Shown here: positions 25,087 to 38,361 of the stretch, one piece after another | How the letters are laid out: the number at the start of each line of letters is the position of its first letter | Numbering within the stretch: position 1 is the first letter of the stretch | NCBI GenBank assembly: GCA_964016885.1 | Contig: OZ024742.1 | Coordinates: 345,092,001 to 345,156,000, forward strand | Direction of reading: 5' to 3' | Source: Eledone cirrhosa | Taxonomy: Eukaryota | Length of the DNA: 64,000 nucleotides | Translations under genes and position numbers: made by a program | Notes under the pieces: model-generated | Told to the model about the DNA's origin: nothing | Database searches by the model: none | What the model saw: only the letters and a program-made list of their open reading frames with translations

Positions 25087-28000
25087 TGATGGCTGCCCCC
25101 TCGTTATCGAGTATGGCCATTGCACGAGGAGAGAAAAAAAATATTAATAAATAAATAAAAAAATAAAAAAAATAAAAAAAATATATATATATATATATAC
25201 ACACATACATATATATATATACACTCATATATATATACATACACACATATACATTAATAACAATAATAATAATAATAATAATAACAACAATAATAATGTA
25301 CAAATACATATATATATATATACACACACGTACACACATAAACACATCTATACACACACACACGATAGCAACCAACAGCGCTACGATCGAATGTGGCTTT
25401 TTAGCCCAGCCAATGATCTAAAATGTCTTGCACAGAGTCGGCAACCAAAACATTTACTGGGAATAGTCGGCTGTGGTTTGAGTTCGTGTACTTTTGCAGG
25501 TCGCTTGAGCCCTCCTGCTGATTTACATTCTCTACCACATGTTTGGCAAGCATGATGAGTAGCATCTCCAACAGCAGCCTGGTAGTCAACCACTGGTCTT
25601 ACTTTATGACTGCGAAGATGACTTTCGAGTCCAGCTTTGCTTAGGCAGAGTCTCGCACAGACGCTGCATGTCAGCACCATAGGAGGACCCTCGCCGTCTG
25701 GAAGTGCAACAGTAATGCCCTTCCTCACATCCCGCTTTACTTTCTCGTATGCGATTCGAGATGCCTCAAAGGAAACTTTTCCCTCATATACAGTATTTCT
25801 CCATTTATTACGATCAGCAGCAATATTTTCCCATGTATCAGCAGAGATGTTAGCGTCTTTGAAAGAGGCTTTCAAGGAATCCTTATACTTCTTTTTTGGT
25901 TTATGTGGCGGTCGTTTTTCTTTAACCAACTCTCCATAAAAGAGTTGTTTTGGTATTCTAGAATCCTTCATCCTGGCAAGGTGACCACTCCAACGGAGTC
26001 GTTGCTTAAGCACAAGAGCTTCTATACTGTCACACATAGAATAGAGCTTTCCAAAATCTCGACATCACTGATGAGGTCCCTCCAGTGAACGCCATGGATC
26101 CGTCTGAGACACATCTGAAGGAAACGCTCCAATTGCTTAAGGTGGTGTCGATATGTGACCCAGGTCTCTCAGGCATAAAGAAGACAAGAGAGCACACATG
26201 GCTTGTACACCTTTACCTTTGTCCTCCTGCATATGCCTCGCCGACTCCAGAGTCGCCTTTCTAGCTTTCCGAAAGCATCACTTGCTTTCCTAATCCTAAG
26301 TGAGATTTCACTGTCAAGGTTGCTGTATCAATTGACAGTGCTTCCCAGGTAGACAAACTGATCAACCACTCCAAGTCGTTTACCATACACATAGATATTT
26401 GGTTCAGTGTACTGCTTACCTGGGGCAGGTTGGTACATGACAACGGTTTTTTGGAGACTGACAGTCAATCCTAGGGCAGTGCAAGCGTCAGAAAATGCAT
26501 TCAAAATGTGCTGCATATCACTCTCTGTGTGCGCTACAAGATCGCAATCATCTGCATACAAGAGGTCTCTTATGATTGATGTACATACTTTTGTCTTTGC
26601 AGCAAAGCGGCTGATGTTAAATATGCTGCCTGAGGTTCGATATCGGATGTAAACACCATGCTCGCAATTCCTGAATGCAATACAGAAAACCATTGCAAAG
26701 TATATGGCAAACAGCGTCGGTGCTGGAATATCCCCCTTTTTCACTCCATTTTTTACTGAGATAGGCTCCGACATGTTACCTCCGACATTAACCCAAGCCT
26801 TCATGTCGTCATGGAAAGACTTAACTAAAGCAAGGCACTTATCAGGGCAACCAAGTTTCTGGAGAACCTTCCATAATGCATCTCTGTTAACAGTATCAAA
26901 GCTTTTGTCAGATCGACTAAAACCTAATACAGATCCAAGCCTTGTTCCATGCACTTCTCCTGGAGTGTCTAGCTAAGAAGGTCATATCAGTAGTGCCGCG
27001 TCCAGCACGAAAACCAGATTGACTTTCAGGAAGAACACAATCTGCAATGTGTGTCAGCAGACGGTCCAGAAGCACCCTACATAAAACTTTCCCTACGACA
27101 GAAAGCAATGATATACCTCTGTAGTTCCCACAATCATTCCTGTTACCCTTTCCCTTGTACAAACCACCATTACTGCACCTCTCCAGTCAGGTACGGATTC
27201 ATTAGCCCATATCCTGCCAAACAAAGAGTGAAGATGTTGCAAGAGTCTCTCACCACCATATTGTAGGAGCTCAGCATGTATGCCATCCATACCTGGAGAT
27301 CTTCTGCTGTTTAGCTTCGAGATAGCCACTGCAACCTCCACAAGCGTCGGAGGTTCTGTGAGAGCTACTTTCACAGGACTTTCTGGAATGAGATTGAGGA
27401 AATCTTCACTGACAACAGACGGCTGATTCAAATATCATCTAAGTGCTCTCGCCACCTTCGTAGAATTCCTTGTGAGTCACGAAGAAGTTCTTTGCCATCC
27501 TTGCTGCGAAGCGGTGTCACCAGAGAAGAAGACGGTCCATAAACCTCACGCAAGAGACTGTACAACTGCTTTGTGTTATTGGAATCTGACGCAGTTTGTA
27601 TCTCACCAGCCTTCTCACTCCACCACTGATCCTTCATCTGAGAAAGACTCCGCCTAACACGTGATTTTACATCCTTGAGTTCCTCATGCAACGTATTCCT
27701 CTCCTGTGGTTTTGCCGTCAAGTAGCGTGACAGAGCACGCCTCTTATCAGCCAACAAGTCTTCTATATGTACATCATTCTCATTAAACCAGTCCTGATGT
27801 TTTCTCTGCACCAATCCCAGAACACGCATGCCTACATCATAAACCGACATTTTAAGGGTCGGCCAATCCTCACCAAGATCTGCATCCTGCATCTCTTCTT
27901 CCAGTGTCCTCTTCACATTTTTATCCTTAAGACGAGCAGCATTCAATCTTTTGGGCAGGGCAACACCAGGAGCCCGGATTTTACGTTTAGTGATTAGTTT

Positions 28001-28552
28001 CACTTTTGCGCGTGCCAGGCGGTGGTCCGTCCAGCACTCAGCTCCACGAAGAGCACGAACACACTGCACATCCTGTCTGTCACGCATCCTGACTAGGACG
28101 TAGTACAAAAGATGCCATTCCTTAGATGCAGGATACATTCATGTGGTCTTGAATTTGTTCTTTTGTTGGAACATGGGTGTTGGTAACACACAGATCCAGC
28201 TCCTCACACATCTGCAGCAGGATCATACCATTGTTGTTACACTTTCCCACCCCATGCCTTCCGATTACATTCCATGTGTTAAAATCCCTACCCACTCTAG
28301 CAATAAAGTCACCAAGCACGATAACTTTGTCTGCCTGGGGGATATTTTTTAAACACCTTTCAAGGCATGGTAAAAGGACACTTTTCCTTCTTCGACAGAA
28401 TTCATAGTTGGAGCATACACACTCACCAGGGTCGCATATCTTCATTTGTCCAGCGGAATTTTCATGGACATAAGACGCTCACTAATCCCTACTGTGAATT
28501 CTTCTAATTTATTCACAAGTACAGTCTTAACAGCAAATCGTACTCCAGCCTC
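25087..28552 (-). mobile_element. RTE-clade LINE, 5'-truncated and frameshifted
   Basis: APE remnants (VLGDF.ARVG, WTDH), RT (NYRGISLL, QSGFR, LLYADD), RLRWSGH, C-terminal C2H2 motifs, 3' stem-loop then (ATGT)n. Confidence 0.92.
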
Positions 28553-28782
28553 TCACACATACATACATATATACATACATACTGACCCAGTTTCTCATAG
28601 TCTTTTGAGGAAGGATTTTTAGACACGAAATATTAGGACAGGAAAATAAAATAACAGGTGGGACACCAACATCTTTCTTGCTTTCCATTTATTTCGGCAT
28701 CTATTTTGCATTGTCGTAGCCTTCAAATAACTTTATACACTTTATACACTAATACAATGCTTCAAACAAGGTAAATTGCCCT

Positions 28783-28819
<37 letters not shown>

Positions 28820-29403
28820 GGAAAAAATGAAACGAAATTTCATTTCCCACTCTTAGTACGGCTGTTACTTAAATATAAGTATGTACACGTACATACATAT
28901 ATGTATACAGACGTACAGTAGTATGTATATATGTATACATACATGCACACATATATATATGTACGTATGGATTCACCGAACATTTATTATAATGCTCGGT
29001 GTGTTTGTAAACAAACATCCCGTATTAAGCCGTAGTGTCTAGCAACCATCGTTGCTCGTTTGTTCAATACTGACAAAGGAACGCTGTACTAGTTTCAAGC
29101 TTATTAGCTATTTATTATAATAAATGTTCGGTGAATCCATACGTCCATACATATATGTGTGCATGTATATATATATATATACATACTACTGTACGTCTGT
29201 ATACATATATGTATGTACGTGTACATACTTATATTTAAGTAACAGCCGTACTAAGAGTGAGAAATGAAATTTCGTTTCATTTTTTCCGTTTATCGTTTTC
29301 GGTGCACCCGGCTGATTAACCCACTCGATATGCAAATTGGGCTACTCAGCCGTTAATATGCATAAGGTAAGTATATAAGTTCAACAATCTGGCAGGAAGG
29401 TAT

Positions 29404-29446
29404 ACGTTGCTGACGATAGCTAATAAGCTTGAAACTAGTACAGCGT
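29404..29446 (+). ncRNA. Type I hammerhead ribozyme
   Basis: ACGTTG CTGACGA TAGCT-AATA-AGCTT GAAA CTAG TA CAGCGT. Confidence 0.88.
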
Positions 29447-29830
29447 TCCTTTGACAGTGTTGAACAAACGAGCAACAATGGTTGCTAGACACTACGGCTT
29501 AATACGGGATGTTTGTTTACAAACACACCGAGCATTATAATACATGTTCGGTGAATCCATACGTACATATATATATATATATGTGCATGTATGTATATAT
29601 ATATATACATACTACTGTACGTCTGTATACATATATGTATGTACGTGTACATACTTATATTTAAGTAACAGCCGTACTAAGAGTGGGAAATGAAATTTCG
29701 TTTCATTTGTTCCGTTTATCGTTTTCGGTGCACCCGGCCGATTAACCCGCTCGATTTGCAAATTGGGCTACTCAGCCGTTAATATGCATAAGGTAAGTAT
29801 ATACGTTCAACAATCTGGCAGGAAAGGTAT

Positions 29831-29873
29831 ACGTTGCTGACGATAGCTAATAAGCTTGAAACTAGTACAGCGT
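29831..29873 (+). ncRNA. Type I hammerhead ribozyme, tandem copy
   Basis: Identical to 29404-29446, 427 nt downstream. Confidence 0.88.
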
Positions 29874-30099
29874 TCCTTTGTCAGTGTTGAACAAACGAGC
29901 AACGATGGTTGCTAGACACTACGGCTTAATACGGGATGTTTGTTTACAAACACACCGAGCATTATAATAAATGTTCGGTGAATCAATACGTACATATATA
30001 TATATGTGTGCATATATGTATATATATATACATAGTACTGTACGTCTGTATACATATATGTATGTACGTGTACATACTTATATATATATATATATATAT

Positions 30100-30285
30100 A
30101 GGAAATTGTATGACCCCGACGGCAGAGCTCAAGCCGTTTCGACGGCTATTTCTGTACAGTAATAGCCATCGAAACTGCTTGAGCTCTGCCGTCGGAGTCA
30201 TATATTTTCCTATTACCCACTCTCCTACCCTAAGTACTGTGTACTCTGGTGCGTTATGGTCCATCTGGTTCCTTACCACAACTAT
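30100..30285. mobile_element. Fold-back element, same family as 7897-8093
   Basis: Inverted arms around 30150-30160; GAAA CGGC..GCCG TC. Confidence 0.7.
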
Positions 30286-30288
30286 TCG

Positions 30289-30388
<100 letters not shown>

Positions 30389-30389
30389 A

Positions 30390-30700
30390 TGTTCTTCTTT
30401 TTGGTAAATATCATCTTGGTTAATAGAGTGGGACTGGCTTTGTGCAGTGCCTTTGCTCACTATAAAAGCTTCACGGCGCAGGCATTGCTTTATATCTGGA
30501 GATCTCTCTGCACTTGTCGTCACATGGTACCATGGGCCCAGCACTATGTGTCAATAATTGTCACAAGCGTAGTGTTTGTACCAGAGTTTTCAAGTCGCTG
30601 GCTGGACTAAAAAGTCACACTCGTTCAGCGCATTAGTAAGGGTTCTCCTACATGGATATAAAGTAGTGGCCGTACTCGAAAACGAGTTGGCAGTCCCCAT
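30390..30700 (+). mobile_element. RTE-related non-autonomous element, 3' half
   Basis: Matches 31066-31376. Confidence 0.85.
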
Positions 30701-30701
30701 G

Positions 30702-30752
<51 letters not shown>

Positions 30753-30767
30753 ATGTATGTATGTATG

Positions 30768-31376
30768 TCAGGTCACCAGTTGGTGCTACTGGTAACACGT
30801 ATCCCAGTACAACCTGTCTCATGGTCGGGTCGTTGGCGACTAAACTGGCAACCCCACCAAGGTTTCTTGGTGAGGAGGGTGACTTTGGACATCCTGCAGG
30901 ACTAAAAACAAAACCTCTCAAAGGGCAAAGGAGCTCTTAAGAGTCAATGGCCACCCAAAATCACCTGGAGAGATGACCCCTTAGCCTTTGTCAAGGCAGA
31001 ATTCTAGGAGAAGGAAAACTCTGATATAACACCTGCAACCCTGATGGTATCCAATGATGTTGACTTGTTCTTCTTTTTGGTAAATATCATCTTGGTTAAG
31101 AGAGTGGGACTGGCTTTGTGCAGTGCCTTTGCTCACTATAAAAGCTTCACGGCACAGGCATTGCTTTATATCTGGAGATCTCTCTGCACTTGTCATCACA
31201 GGGTACAATGGGCCCAGCACTATGTGTCAATAATTGTCACAGGTGTAGTGTTTGTACCAGAGTTTTCAAGTCCCTGGCTGGACTAAAAAGTCACACTCGT
31301 TCAGCGCATTAGTAGGGGTTCTCCTACATGGATATAAAGTAGTGGCCATACTCGAAAACGAGTTGGCAGCCACCAT
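30768..31376 (+). mobile_element. RTE-related non-autonomous retroelement, longest copy (~610 bp)
   Basis: No Pol III boxes seen; 3' stem-loop plus (ATGT)n tail closely resembles the RTE 3' end at 25087-25121; other copies are mostly truncated at the 5' side. Confidence 0.82.
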
Positions 31377-31854
31377 GTATGTATGTATGTATGTATGTAT
31401 GTATGTATGTATGTATGTATGTATGTTTGTATGTATGTATGTATGTATGTTTGTATGTATATAAATAATCAACCTCTGGAAATAACTACAGTTTTGGTGA
31501 TTTATGTTGATACTGTTCATCCCTGTGCACACTGGGGTGTAATAAAACAGGTAGCGACAATGACAGGACAAATTATGTCTTTCGGTGTATTACACAAATA
31601 TAGACGTATCCCAAGTACACTGCCTGCTAGAGAAGAGGGAGAACGTGGTGTGATGGTTTACACATTCTGGAGAAGAAGTAACTTATATTATCAATATTTA
31701 ATTATGATATAGAATCTATAATATTTATATCTAACTGGGTGATGTCTAAAAACATCTGACTGATAAAATGACAAGTCAGTCAATCATATTGGGGGCCTTC
31801 CCACAGCCCCGGCAGACAGAATGGAGAAGGTTTTTTTCCTGGAGGATAGAAGGT

Positions 31855-32165
31855 GATTCCCCACCGGCTCGAGCTGGGAAGGGAAGCCTGCAGCGTCCAA
31901 GCCATGCTTTATGACCTCGTTGACGGCAGCATGGCGTGGAAGGCGGCCGGCACTGTGGTGACAGGAAAGCGGGTGTAGGCCGAAAGGGTCCACGGTGGAT
32001 CCACAGCAATATTGGTGTGGCTCGCAGATCCGGAGGCCAAGCCTCAAGGTAACGCCGATGCGCAGCCGATTGTTATCTAGCTGCGTGCCAGTAGAAAAGG
32101 AGAGCAAGGCATGGAGCCAGGCACCACTGTGGGGTTTGGAGGCCGCATGAAAACAGGCAAGGCAT
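31855..32165 (-). pseudogene. Fragment of RLE-type (CRE-like) non-LTR retrotransposon, CCHC region
   Basis: SGAWLHAL..LRIGVTLRLG..CCG..DPFGLHPLSC..SAGRLPRH..N..LEP. Confidence 0.7.
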
Positions 32166-33292
32166 TCTTTTGTCTGTGCTAAGGCTTCACCGTTATGTAT
32201 TTAAGTAGTGTATATACTATTTCTGTTTAAAATATTTATATTGTTGATATTATGATGGGATAAAGAAGCGTAATGAAGAATTATGTAAGCTCTTGTGAGA
32301 TACTTACTTGGGCCAAGCTCCAAATTGACATTTTGTATGGATGATAATTCATAGAGAGGTAGGGATTAAGATAGATTTTGAAGAAAGAGCTAGTGTTTAG
32401 AATGTCACATCAACGTGAAAAACCGACTGGTGTTAACCCATCATGACATGAAAAACAATTGCATTTCTTATAATTTTGACAGTAATTAGTAAATGTTATT
32501 TAATACAAAATGTAACTTCAATATAAATATAGTTGCTTCTTAGCTAGAATATATACATATATACATATATACATATATATACATGTATACATATTGTAAT
32601 GTTATTAGACTTTGCTCTTACACAATTAATTCTATATTTTCATTGTCTATAATGAAATATTATCCTTTGTTTATTCAATATATTTTAATGACACAATAGT
32701 AACGATATTCTAAATGTATAAGATTATTGTAGAATAAGGCAAATATAGCTGTGTAACCATCAACAATATTCGAAATAGATAACTATCCATTTCAGGAAAT
32801 TTAACAAAGACATTTGACTAAAAATCTAAGTATTGTCTAAAAACAGAAATAATCCACTGCCTGGCTGAATTAATGAGTAGCGAAATATAAAACTCATTGT
32901 GTTAAGATAAATATAGTGCTGTAAATTTGGATCATATTTTTAACTTAATTTGATATAATTTTAAATGCAAACGCATATAGTCATCTTCAAAATATCGCTT
33001 GAAATTGAATATATTCAAATATATTAATTTTGTTTATCATACCGAATTCAGTTAACATAAATGTATTCATATACGCCTTCAAGTAGTGTGCAAATTCTAT
33101 TACATACATAGATGCATAAATACATACACCTATATACATATTTACATATATACATACATAACAAACATTCATGCATTACATATATATATATATGTGTGTG
33201 TGTGTGTGGATATATATGTTTATATGTATGTATATACATACATACATGCATACATACATAAATACACACATACGTATGTACATATATAAATT

Positions 33293-33397
<105 letters not shown>

Positions 33398-33974
33398 GCA
33401 CACATGCATGCATACATATATACATACATGCACGCATACATATATATACATACATACATGCATGTACACATACATACGTATACACATAATACATAAATGC
33501 ATACACATATATATTCATATATGCATACATATACATTACCACATACATAAATATATTCACAAATACAATCACATCTACATATTGCTTCTAATCACATTGA
33601 ACACAACAATATTGTACCCACTCAAAAATATTGTCCAGACCCCTTTTGTGGTTCCCATCCAGGGCCCTATAAATTAACAACCAGAAGAACATAACATTAC
33701 AGATCTATTCAGCGTTACCGGACAACCCGACATTAGGGAGTATTGGCCAGATTATACTTACCACGGAAATATGGCCGCCGTGGTCAAAATCTTTCTTTAA
33801 CATTATACAGTTCCTGAATTGTAACACATATATGCATTCTCAAATACCTACCTATCTACCTACCTAGCAATCTACCTACCTACCTATCTACCTACCTATC
33901 TACCTACCTTCTTACCTACCTTCTTACTTACCTAACCTATCTAACTACCTACCTATCTACCTGTCCATCTATCT

Positions 33975-35317
33975 GTGCGCTCACCCAGAAGTGGGCCGAG
34001 TGCAAACTATCCTTGAAAGGTCGAGCGGAGGTAGCGAACACTTTTATAGCGTCCGTCATCTACTACCGCTTGACCGTCGTGCCTTGTCCAGCCAAAACGC
34101 TCACCAAAATTGAGCGAGCGCTCTTCCAATTCGTTTGGAAGAAATGGGCTCCTTTGGTGAGCAGATCCATCGGCTGCCAACACCCTTCAAACGGAGGGCT
34201 GGGGATGCCGTGGTTGACGATGCGCAAACAAGCGCTCAGGCTGCGGCACCTCCACCTATTCCTCACCGGACAACCGGTGTGGGTCCCGTTCGTGAGGCGA
34301 GCCATCTCACGACTCATCTTGCTGACCGAGCTGCAGTCCTGGGTCAAGCAAAGACCGAGGAAAATGGGCAACTGGCACATCGAATGTGCTCAGGCGCTCA
34401 TAGTCCTCTGGCAAACGGACCCGGCGATCATTGGAGACTCCACTTCGAAATTATCTAGAGTGTTGGTCCGCAGCAAGTGCGACGACACGCTCGGGGAAAC
34501 TCTGGGCGTAGAGGAGGACGAACTGGCCAGTCTGTTCGGTAGGACCTTCCACTCGGGACCAATGGACAACTTCCAAAAGTCCCTAGCCTGGCAGTGCTGC
34601 CGAGGAGCTCTACTATCGAGACAAGCTCTACAGACATGGGTGCCCGGGTAGGGACCCTTCGAAAAAGATCTGTCCGAGATGCGTGCGCGACGAGGAAACC
34701 GTCGCGCACGCATTTGTACACTGCCCGGGCGTTACCGACCTGTGGGGCTATGTAGGACGACTATTGTCGCGGGTTGGACCAATCGAGTTGACCACCGAGT
34801 CCATTGTCATGATCAAACCGCTACCCTCCTTCATAAACGAGGGAGAGGTGGTTTTCCTATGTGTTATGGCTATGGTGAAAGAGGTTATATGGTGGACGAG
34901 GTTAAAAGGGCTGAGGTCAGACACCTTTCTCTCCGGCAAGCAACTGATTTCGTTTTTTCAAATATCATTTTAGAAGAAAAATCAGGATGGAGAGAGAGGA
35001 CTGTACCCCAGCAAATTTTATAAAAGGTGGGTGAATGTGGCAAAGATGGCCCGAGTGGTTGGGCGTTCTCTCTATATAAGCCTGTAGGTTGTGGAAAAAG
35101 AGGAAGAGAGGAAGGAAGTACTCACTCTTGGTGCTCCTGGAGATGAGGGTTGTACATTTTTTGGGGTGTGTACAACCCCTGTGTAACGCCTCCCCCTTAT
35201 TGGGGATTTCAATTGTTATTTGTTATTTTATTAATAGTTTTATTTTCATATACCTGTATGTAAACTCCCCATTTGTATTTGTCCCCTTCTTTTGTGCCCT
35301 TGTGGCTAATAAAGAAA
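33975..35317 (+). mobile_element. Tx1/L1-like LINE, 5'-truncated
   Basis: LSLKGRA..GGLGMP, CxxC..ETVAHAFVHC; 3' AATAAA; CTAT/CTAC microsatellite on both sides. Confidence 0.9.
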
Positions 35318-35351
35318 TGTATCTATCTACCTACCTACATACATACATACA

Positions 35352-35810
35352 TGATTGCTGCCCCCTCATTATCGAGTATGGACATTGTGCGATATACCAT
35401 TATTAAAAATTGTTAATTAATTATATCGTGCAATGACTGTGCATGAAGAAATCTTTTAAAGTGAGGAAAGACTGTGCACTGAGCCAATCCCACTCTCTGA
35501 GCGACAGTAGCTATAGCCCGAAAATTATTAATAATTATTAATTAATTCTATCGTGCAATGCTTGTGCATGAAGATATCTTTTAAAGTGAGGAAAGACTGT
35601 GCACTGAGCCAATCCCACTCTCTTAGCAATAGTAGCTATAACCCGAAAAGAAGAAAAGATCAACATTATCGGTAACTACTGAACCGCAGGTTTTATATTG
35701 GAGTTATCCCAGTTTCCTGCGTTGCCTTCTCCTAGAAGAATGCCCTGACATAGGCTAGGGGTCCTTCACTCCCACTGGTTTAACCGCGCGATTGGTTATC
35801 CAGCCCGATT
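35352..35810 (-). mobile_element. Second RTE-related non-autonomous family with internal tandem duplication
   Basis: CTAGGAGAAGG motif; 3' ATACTCGATAATGAGGGGGCAGCAATC(ATGT)n; about 120-bp internal duplication. Confidence 0.7.
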
Positions 35811-35866
35811 ATACATACATACATACATACATACATACATACATACATACATACATACATACATAC

Positions 35867-37043
35867 ACTTCCACATCAACAGTGACATAGACCGCCTTTA
35901 CTTGAAACGTAAGCAGGGAGGCAGAAGCCTAACATCAGTCCAGGCAGCATTTGAATGTGGCATCATATCCCTACGAATACATCTACGAACCTCGAAGCGT
36001 AGGAGCCCATCTCTCGAGCAAGTCTATCTGCATGAAACAGATAAGATCACGACAGTTGGGAAGGAACTCCTCGAAAGGTATTCCCTGTGTGATAATTAAA
36101 AACTCACACCCAGGGAAGCTGCTCAGCAGTATCGCAGTGAATCCATGGATGAAAAACTGCATTCTTATCAGCAAAAAATCATGCTTGGAAATGTTGCCAG
36201 GAAGCTCCAGAGGGAGAGTAATATAGATAAGGAAAGTAGTTTATCTTGGACCAACAACCGCTATATTGGCTCCCACTTTGAAGGATACGCTTTTGCAATC
36301 CAAGAACAGGAAATTAACACGCAACACCTAGATGTGATAACAAGTGCGGACTCTGCAGAATTAACATCGAAAATGTCAGCCATGTCATAAGCAGCTGTCG
36401 ATAAATGTCATCGGGGTACTATCTACCTATGAGGCATGATGTAGTGGCCAAAACACTGTACAATGCAATCCGTAGAAAAGATAAACCCGGTAATAAACAA
36501 ATTAAAACTACAGCCATGTGGAAGACATATACATAATATGAAAGAGTACTGGTGGAATGTTCCCGTAAAAACCCCAATAAATAACAGACCAGATATTATG
36601 ATATGGGACAAGGAAAAGATGGCATGCATAGCAGTGGAAGTTAACTGTCCAGCAGATGCCAATATAATATCAAAAATTAGGAGAATATTTATGCAGAACT
36701 GATGAGAAATCTGCAGATACTCCACACTGATTACACCTTCAGATTTATGCCTGTGATTATTGGGGCACTGGGATATGTTAGTAACTGCCTCAATACAAAT
36801 CTTGAGAAGCTAGGCTTCACAGGAACAGATAATAAGCATATACACATGCACACATACAACTCAAAACAACCACATCCACACATACAATAACATCCATATC
36901 TACACATGTATGAATACAGACATGCATACACATCTACCTAGTTGATGATGTGTAAATTCCAATGAGAGAGTCTTCTGTCTATGTTAGAAACCGTCTCTCT
37001 CTCTATTGGTAAAAATTTGTGAAATTATAAAACCAGAAGAAAA
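35867..37043 (+). mobile_element. R4/Dong-like LINE family A, second 5'-truncated copy
   Basis: Similar to 22231-23409; (CATA)n on both sides. Confidence 0.88.
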
Positions 37044-37079
37044 CATACATACATATATACATACATGTTCAAATTAAGG

Positions 37080-37260
37080 AATAATGAAAACTATGTTCTA
37101 ACGTTTGGAAGAAATGATTGTCAGCAATAAAGTGTTTTGAACATAGTTTTCATTATTCTGTAATTTATATTCCGGCTCTGTAAAACTTCTGATGTATTTA
37201 CATTGAGCTATTTTTCTTACTGGTAATAAGGTGGTAATGAATTACTGCCCTTCCTGTATA
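37080..37260 (+). mobile_element. Short PLE terminal fragment with fold-back
   Basis: Diverged reverse complement of about 14100-14255; inverted arm ATAATGAAAACTATGTTC. Confidence 0.65.
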
Positions 37261-37748
37261 TAATTATATATAGTGTATATATAAGTATAAATAATATTAT
37301 TATTATTACATACATATACATACATATATACATCTAAACTATAATAAAGTAAGGAGGGCGGGACTGCGTCCAGAATATATTTTTTTATCCCGTTTGTAAA
37401 ATAAGTTGGATTACTTTGAATAAATAATTGTTTCTATTTTTGGCACCAGATTTCAACACTTCCGGTTAGCGATCGTTTAAATAAACATACATATATTTCC
37501 GTCTCTAATTTTCTCCTAATGTAGTTTATATATAATATCGTCTTCTTTAATGTATCATGGATTACTTTACTGATTACATAAGACAGTGTAACGCAGTTTT
37601 CGTTCAATTTCTGTGTATATTGTCAATTACGATTTTATTTGATGTATTATATCGACATTCATATATATTTGCGTATAATATCAATATGCGCACTACACAT
37701 GCTAGGAGAAAACCACCCGAAGGGTGGTGTTTCTGCTAGTATATATAG

Positions 37749-37926
37749 TTGTTTCTACTTTTGGCACAAGGCCAGCAATTACCCAGTATATCACTGGTAC
37801 TTTATTTTATCGACCCCGTAAGGATGAAAGGCAAAGTTAACCTCGGCGGGATTTGAACTCAGAATGTCAAGGGCCGTAACTCTATGCGTCAAAGCATGGT
37901 GTCCGACCCTCTACCGATACTGCCAA
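37749..37926 (-). mobile_element. tRNA-derived SINE family 1
   Basis: Matches 21347-21536. Confidence 0.88.
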
Positions 37927-38361
37927 ATACAATGGAACATCTTTAGAAAAAAAAACTCCCAACAACAAGATTGAGAGAATGAATTTTAAAACAAACATTA
38001 TTACAGTAGCAAATGGACTTGAATGTGGAATGGAATACCAGCTGACACAAATCTTGCTCAAGAGACATGGAATAGGACTTATACATGGGTAGCTCGAAAA
38101 AACAACAACATACACTGTTAGGTATAATACACACTAAAAGAAAACCTGATAGGGAGTATTAACATGTTTATAAGAAATATACCTTGAAAGTAATCTTAGA
38201 AGATGACATGTCGCAATGCACCTTGTCCACAGAATACATAAGGGAACTGTAGAGAGCAAGTGTAGGTGATTCCATGTGTACTTGAGACAGTAACTGCAGT
38301 AAACAGTTGAAGCAATGGAAATAGCGTGGTGTAGACAATTATTAATATCATTGATACTCAT

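Larger units (their letters stand above)
28815..30080 (+). mobile_element. Tandem 427-bp HHR-containing non-coding units with 5' inverted copy (retrozyme-like)
   Basis: HHRs at 29404 and 29831; about 2.3 direct units from 29111; 28815-29110 inverted; (TA)n flanks. Confidence 0.82.

Noticed and set aside
28598-28640. TTGAGGA...GAAATATTAGGAC HHR-like string
   Set aside because: No convincing stem II.
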